A DNA stretch of 64,000 nucleotides from the human T2T-CHM13v2.0 reference genome, Homo sapiens. The DNA lies in NCBI RefSeq assembly GCF_009914755.1, contig NC_060925.1; one strand, written 5' to 3'. Positions 56,938 through 64,000 of the stretch are shown here, piece after piece. The notes below the pieces were generated by a model. It was not told where the DNA came from. It did no database searches and saw only the letters and a list, made by a program, of their open reading frames with translations. Each line of letters starts with the position of its first letter. Position 1 is the first letter of the stretch. The position numbers were made by a program, and so were the translations under genes.

Positions 56938-58450
56938 TCATGTTCTTTGATGTAAAGTTATATCTTAAATGTCATAGAGTCATGAGATAGAATGCCAGAG
57001 ATGAAAAGGAATTCAAGAAATACCCATTCTACAATACCTTGCCAGAAGGTAAGACTGAGGCCCAAGAAATTCACCTTGTCCAAGGTGATTATACCACCTG
57101 AAGACATGACAGAAGGCTTTGTAGTTGCTCTTTATCACACACTTGTTCTGTTCCAGTCATTGTGCTGGGCACTGCATCTACATTGCCTTTCACTCACAAG
57201 GAAAAGGATTTTTTCGCCCATTGTATAGATGAATAAACCGAGGTGCAGATACATCAAGAACACACAGCTTATTAAGTGGTGGTGATCAAATTCACTTTTA
57301 TCTCCATCTAAAGCCTAAGTTCTTATCACCGTCCCACATGGCAACATATTAAATAGTGAGGAATGGGACGTAAAGTCAGTACTTCTCTCTTCCAGCCACA
57401 TTTTCCACCTGTCAACCTTCCCCAAAGTTGAGTTCTAATTTAAGCCAGGCCAGCACTGTGTTGGTTACATCATGTTGACCCACAAAGAATTGCTTTTATT
57501 GTCTTCCCCTTTGGTGGGCTGTTGATGCTGCAAATTTCTACGAAGGAATAGACCTGTACAGAAGGCATCACTTCTGTGGGCATTTTATTGGAATGCTCTT
57601 TATTTCATCACAGAGTAGCCTCATTATGAGGAACCCTGGGTGAAATTCCTGTCTTTCTCAGTTCAGGATTAACTGGGCTTCTCCTAAGAACTCGGCCTGT
57701 GGGCATATTGTCTCTTGGATGCTGTAAATGCTGTGACTGATCAGGTTTCTCTTTTTGCACTGGTTGTTAGAGCTGTCTGATCCCAAATGTGAATCCCACC
57801 CATTGTGAACAGACAGAACTTTGTGGTATGCATTGCTGCGTTACAGTCTCACTCCTGGCTCAGTTTCAGGTTCCAAGTCCTACATCTTTTTTTCTCATCA
57901 ATTTCTAATTTGTTCTTCCCTGATCTACTGTATATAATCTGACAAGGAACCTTGAATTGTTTTCAGAACAAGGTGAGGTATAAATAATTAAACAGAAATT
58001 TTAATTCCATGTTGAATCTCCAAACCATTTTGTAAAACCTGGTAATGGACTCAACCTGCACAATATTCCTATCGATCTTGACATAAGGAATAAGAAGCTA
58101 AGTTATAAACTCCTTACACAGAGCAGTCACCCTGGGAACACTGCAGGACCCAGGTGGGGACATCCAGGAGATGGAACGGTTCCCCACTGTCCCGTCCAAA
58201 TGAACTAGGATGCCATATCCATCCTACCTAATTAAGGAGTTCTTGAAAACAGGGCCTTTTTCTTGATTTACAAACCCTCCTCATCATCATTTATAGTGCA
58301 CTGATATGTGAAGGCAGGGAGGAGAGACACTTAAGGGAAGATGGGTATTTCCTTAGATGACATTGGTGAGGGCAAGTGTCACCTTCACACAAGCACCTCC
58401 GCTCAGATAGCTTGTTAAGAGTTAGGTGGCAGCGGATGGAACATGCTGTA

Positions 58451-58587
58451 CTTATCGACAAAGCACTGATATTATCCATATTTGTACAGAAATTCAAAGA
58501 CAGGACATAGATCAAGTGAGCCCAGTAGCATGTCTTTAACATTTGCTAAAAGATAAGCCTGCTGTTGGTTTTGATGCATAAGAAACT
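58451..58587 (+). repeat. 137-bp dispersed direct repeat, copy 1
   Basis: Aligns to 60474-60610 with about 15 differences by hand count. Confidence 0.95.
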
Positions 58588-58597
58588 AGGGAAATCC

Positions 58598-58983
58598 AGT
58601 TTATTTGGGAAAAGGGTTTTTTGCAGATGTAATTAATTTCAGGATATAGAGATCAGATCATTCTGTATTATCTAGGTGGGCCCTAAATCCAATGACAATT
58701 GTTCCTAATAAGAGAAAAGTAGAGGAAGATTTGGGACACACAAAGGATTTCTGGCGATGAAGTCAGAAGCAGAGACTAGAGTTATGCAGGCACAAGCCGA
58801 GGGGCGCCTGTAGCCACCAGAAGGTGGAAGAGGCAAGGAACGGCTCCCTCTTAGAGCCATTAGAAGCAGCTATTGCTCCTAGATTTCAGACTTCTGGCCT
58901 CCAGAACTATGAGAGAATAAATTTCTGTTGTTTAAGCACTAGGTTTGCACCTTTTGTTAAGGCAGCCCAAGGAAACTAATACA
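58598..58983 (+). mobile_element. MLT1 (B/C-like) LTR, 5' end missing
   Basis: TTTGCAGATGTAATTAA...GGTGGGCCCTAAATCCAATGAC...GACTTCTGGCCTCCAGAACT...GGAAACTAATACA. Confidence 0.88.
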
Positions 58984-59679
58984 GCCATCAATTCCCTCCA
59001 GTCCTCATGAAGCTCCCTTAGACTACAATCTTCAAACCTCCTTCTTCATCGAGTTCATTCCAGTGACTGCATCCATCCCCCTGAAGCTCTCACCCTCCAG
59101 CCTGGACTCCTAACTGTGCCCACACTCCAGATTCTCAGTACTGCTCCAGACAGATGTCAACCTGAAACCCAGATCACCATCCCTCCCTTTTCCCCTCTGT
59201 TCCTGCTGTCCGGCAAGAGAGACAAATAACTATGAAGATTTGGCCCCCAAGAGTTCTTACTGTCAAGCTTCAACTTACTGCCCAGGATTAAGAATACTTC
59301 TCTTTCATGTGCTTCGGTCAGAAGCTTCCTGATTTAATCTTGCACAAGAAGACTGAGCCTACTGGGTGTAGGTTCTAGAACATTCCCTGTACCCCACATT
59401 AAGACATCTTTCTCAAAGGAGGAGATTTCTCTCAGTTGAAAACAACCGTTTACCTGACCCTGATGACCCATTTACCCCCTATTTTGTGTCTCTCCTTTCT
59501 TTGTGGGATTTCTCAGGCCAGCCATTTATGCCAACTACCTCCATTTTGTCTTTACTAACAGTTTCCGTAACCCACGACAGTCTCACTGTTTTCTTTACAA
59601 ATAGGGCTCTTTCTCTCTCTCTCTCTGATTTGTTGCTGGAGAAAATTTGCTTTTTCTTATCCTTAAAAAAAAAGAAATT

Positions 59680-59970
59680 GCCGGGCGCGGTGGCTCACAC
59701 CTGTAATCCCAGTACTCTGGGAGGCCGAGGCAGGCAGATCACGATGTCAGGAGGTCAAGACCATCCTGGTCAACATGGTGAAACCCCCTCTCTACTAAAA
59801 TACAAAATATTAGCAGGTCGTGGTGGTGCACGCCTGTAGACCCAGCTACTCGAGGCAGGGGAATCTCTTGAACCCGGGAGGCGGAGGTTTCAGTGAGCCG
59901 AGATCGTGGCACTGCACTCCAGCCTGGCGACAGAGCAAGACTCTGTTTCAAAAAAAAAGAAAAAAAAAAA
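59680..59970 (+). mobile_element. Alu (Sc/Sg-like) directly 5' of an older Alu
   Basis: GCCGGGCGCGGTGG, ATCACGATGTCAGG, GACCATCCTGG; A-rich AAATT repeated on both sides. Confidence 0.95.
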
Positions 59971-59972
59971 TT

Positions 59973-60280
59973 GGCTGGGCATGGTGGCTCACGCCTGTAC
60001 TTCCAAGTTTTGGGGAGGCCAAGTGGGGAGGACCGCTTGAGCCCAGGAGTTTGAGTCCAGCATGGGCAACAAAGTGAGACCCCCATCTCTAGAAAACTCA
60101 AAAAATTAGCTGGGTGTGATGGCGCATGTCTGTGGTCCCAGCTATGTGAAAGGCTGAGGAGGGAGGATCATCTTGAGCCCAGTAGTTCAAGGCTGCAGTG
60201 AGTTATGACTGCACCATTGCACTCCAGCCTGGGTGACACAGCGAGACCTTGTCTTAAAAAAAAAAAAAAAAAAAAAAAAA
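59973..60280 (+). mobile_element. AluJ
   Basis: GAGGACCGCTTGAGCCCAGG, GGCTGCAGTGAG; 25-nt poly-A. Confidence 0.94.
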
Positions 60281-60339
60281 CCCAAAAAACAAAACAATGA
60301 ATACATAAATGAATAATAAATAAAAATTTCAGCTACTGC

Positions 60340-61140
60340 CTTGATCTTCTTGTCTCTCTGACAATGACTCCTGGGATATTGCACAATTCCTAATCACCTT
60401 TCTTCTCTCCTGCCTCTCTGACTATTCCCTTTCTTTGCTGTCTCCTCCTCCTCCTCATGCCTCCAAGGGTGTCCTTATTGACAAAGCACTGATATTACCC
60501 ATATTGGTACAGAAATTTAAGAACAGGACATAGATCAAATAGCCCAGTAGCATGCCTTTAACACTTGCTAAAAAGGTAAGCTTGCTGTTAGTTTTGATGC
60601 ATATGAAACTGTCTGTCTCCTCTTCAATCTTAATACAACTCCTCAGAAAGCTCGCCATTTTAATGACTGCAATAGTCACAATATTAGTCCTTATTCCTAA
60701 ACTTAGGTGTCCTGTTTCACACCCCAGTGCCAGTCCATGTCATTGCCAACTGGGTATTTTTTACAAAGATGTCTCACATCACCTCAAACTCAAGCTATCC
60801 CATATCAAACCAACTTCCCTATCTCGGTTTCCACCACCCAGACTTTTCTTCATCTTTTCCTTCATCATGAGTCTACTCAGATACCTAGTCTTGTCAGCTT
60901 TTCCAATAAAGTTTTGCTCATACACTCTCTCTCTTCACACTTTTGCCCGTTCCAGACCTTCATCACTACCCACTTTTCACTATGCAAGGCACTGTCCTTA
61001 TTTAAACATGCCCTCATCTGCTCCCAGTAGACTGCAAGTTCCCCAAGCACATTCATTTTGGATCTCTGGTGCCTAACACAGATGTAAGCCCATTGAGACT
61101 CAGTAAATGTCTGCTGACTGCATGAAGAAATGAATACATA
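60340..61140 (+). mobile_element. L2 fragment interrupted by the 137-bp copy
   Basis: Pyrimidine-rich L2 collinear across 60474-60610; ends GTAGACTGCAAGTTCCCC...CTCAGTAAATGTCTGCTGA. Confidence 0.7.
60474..60610 (+). repeat. 137-bp dispersed direct repeat, copy 2
   Basis: CTTATTGACAAAGCACTGATATT...TTTTGATGCATATGAAACT, matches 58451-58587. Confidence 0.95.
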
Positions 61141-61150
61141 GATCACTGCC

Positions 61151-61520
61151 TGTATTAGTCTGTTCTCACACTGCTGATAAAAACGTACCCGAGACTGGGT
61201 GATTTATGGGAAAAAAAAAAAAGAGGTTTAATAAATTCACAGTTCCACGTGGCTGGGGAGGCCTCACAAACATGGCGGAAGGTGAAAGGCACGTCTTATA
61301 TAGCAGCAGACAAGAGACAGAAAAAGAGCCAAATGAAATGAGTTTCTCCTTATAAAACCATCAGATCTCATGAGACTTATTCACTACCAGGAGAACAGTA
61401 TGGGGTAAATTGCCCCCATGATTCAATTTTCTACCATGGGGTTGCTCTCACAACACGTGGGAGTTATGGGAGCTACAATTCAAGATGAGATTTGGGTGGG
61501 GACACAGCCAAACCATATCA
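61151..61520 (-). mobile_element. THE1 (B-like) MaLR solo LTR
   Basis: TGTATTAGTCTGTTCTCAC...GAGATTTGGGTGGGGACACAGCCAAACCATATCA. Confidence 0.95.
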
Positions 61521-62081
61521 CTACTGGAGCCTCTCTTACCTGGTCCCTTCCTCCCTCCCTCAAATTGTCTTGTGATCCCTGCATAATATACTCTTATTCT
61601 TAAATCTTGCATTCTTTTAAGATCTTGAAGAGTAGTCGTCATTATTCTTATTTTATAGATTGAGGAAACTAGAAGCTCAGACAGGCTAAGCAACTCACTC
61701 AAGGTCCCAGAGCGAGAAAGTGGTAGAGTCTGGATGGAATTCCATGCTTTTTCATTTGGTATGTGCTGCCTCCTTTGGGGCAGTGGTGGAAAATTATGTT
61801 GGGTAGAAAATCCCAAATTATACAGGACTTTGAAAGCCAGGTGGAGCAGTCTGAACTTGACCCAGATAGGACTAGTCTTCAGTAACAGAGGGGCGACAGT
61901 ACATACTTCTTAGCGTTGTTTGGAAAATCGAGGAAAAGCCCATATAATACAAAGCAGCCAAAATAAAGCCACCATTGTAGATTCTCAAAGATGGTAAAGT
62001 TATTACTTTTAATGTTTTGTTTGTGCACGTCTTTACTCCCAGCTAGATTAAAAGCTGCTTGAGGGTATGGGCCACAGGTGA

Positions 62082-62695
<614 letters not shown>

Positions 62696-62699
62696 TTGA

Positions 62700-62840
62700 A
62701 TTAATAGTAATAGTGATAATAGTAATAAAAGTAATAGTAATAGTTATATAGTAGTTATACTAATTAATACTATAATACTTATAGTAGTTATACTAATATA
62801 ATAGTTACTACTTTTATAATTGTTATATTTACTTTTATGA
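62700..62840. repeat. AT-rich low-complexity (TAA/TAG)n
   Basis: TAATAGTAATAGTGATAATAGTAATAA... Confidence 0.8.
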
Positions 62841-63739
62841 TATTTTTGGCTTGAAGGGAAATTTCTTTTAGAAGTCAGGGTTAGAAATAGCTTCATTGCT
62901 CTTGATGGACTGCTGCTTCTCATAGCTATACAAACTAGGTTTCTCTGGCTGCCAGGTAGCTCAAAAGTAAACTTGAAATTTAATCATGGCAGCTGTTAGA
63001 TACTAGTATTCAGAAAATATATCTGACTTCTCCTTTTTTGAGTTGTATTTCCTACTTCCATCTCTGTTTCTCTATTTCACTAGTATTGTAAGCTGCCTTT
63101 CAAAGCACTTCTCTTTCAGTCATTGCTTTTCACCCTCTTCTTGGTCATGGTCCCCTTGACTGAACCCTCTCTCTGAGAAATCTACATGTATGTCCTAACT
63201 CTCCCCACTACAATTTTGCATCTAATTTTAGGACACTCCTGGGCTTCCCAATGTCCTCTCCAAATAGAAGCCCCTGATTTAGGTGGTGACTGGATAAAAT
63301 AAAAGAGAGAGGAGACAGGAGGAGGTGGGGCGGGAGTGGAGGGATTAGGAAGAAATATCACAAAACCTTAGCTTTGAAAGAAGCCTGTGAGTCATGCATG
63401 TGACTTCCCTCGGGGCTGGAATTCCCACTCTAAAACACCTGCTGCTAAGGGACTAATAGCTCTTCTTCCCCTTGCACCTGGGGGAGGCTCCTGCTCCCAG
63501 AACAGTCCACTGCAGAACTGGCAGCACTCCCTGGCAGAATGCTTCTCCTTCCTCTGCTGAATTGGCCACCTCATCCCCTACAGAATCATGCACACATCTG
63601 CAGGCACCTCTTCAGCTACCGGAAGACTGTTTTCATGGTTGCTAGATCCTTCTCTTCTCTAGAGCAAACAGCTGCAATGCTTTCAGTCCTTTCTTACATG
63701 GTAGGGTTTCACGGCTCCTGCCTGATTTGGTTGGTCTAT

Positions 63740-63950
63740 ACCTTCTGTGGGATCTGCTTTTCAAAGCTGCCCTTCTCGCGTGGGAGTGGAGCTCAGGAGC
63801 CATATTTACACCATGTCCCTCCACCCCCACCTCCCACCTGTGGCTGATGGAATCCAGGAGAACCCTAAACCTAGATAAGAGGCCAGTCATGCATTCTCCC
63901 CTGGACATTTGGAATTGGATTCAGGGTCACTACTTAGTTTCTGCTGGTCT
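63740..63950 (+). mobile_element. Possible ancient ERVL LTR (LTR16/LTR33-like) fragment
   Basis: GCTGATGG...GGCCAGTCATGCATTCTCCCCTGGACATTTGGAATTGG resembles remembered LTR16-type interior. Confidence 0.4.
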
Positions 63951-64000
63951 TTTGCATGCAAAGATGTAACCCTGCTGTCTCCTCTATGCATTCAGAGGTG

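Noticed and set aside
60552-61076. 174-aa ORF and the similar peptides in ORFs 58291-58542 / 60455-60679
   Set aside because: Antisense/sense readings of L2 and the 137-bp DNA duplication; indels between the copies break frame, so there is no coding constraint

Overview
Primate (human-like) non-coding genomic DNA. I find no credible protein-coding gene, rRNA/tRNA, CRISPR array or CpG-island promoter. The listed ORFs are Alu/L1/L2/MER-derived or chance. The window holds 23 Alus (J and S subfamilies, most with recognisable TSDs), many MIR and L2 relics, old L1 3' fragments, THE1 and MLT1 solo LTRs, and MER2/MER5A/MER58/MER94 DNA transposons, several of them nested. Between the repeats lie TE-poor unique blocks (about 0.7-1.5, 9.9-10.5, 13.3-13.9, 22-24.8, 25.6-26.3, 33-34.2 and especially 46.1-52.7 kb). 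These retain CpGs and clustered developmental TF motifs, which suggests, but does not prove, a cis-regulatory landscape (gene desert or large intron). The best directly visible oddities are a 137-bp segment copied 2 kb downstream into an L2, a locally templated fold-back insertion inside an Alu, a 3x72-bp tandem array inside a MIR, and a MIR>AluJ>THE1 triple nest. I could not identify the locus and see no evidence for a wholly new biological system. Repeat families were called from remembered consensus sequences, and boundaries of old repeats are approximate (tens of bp).
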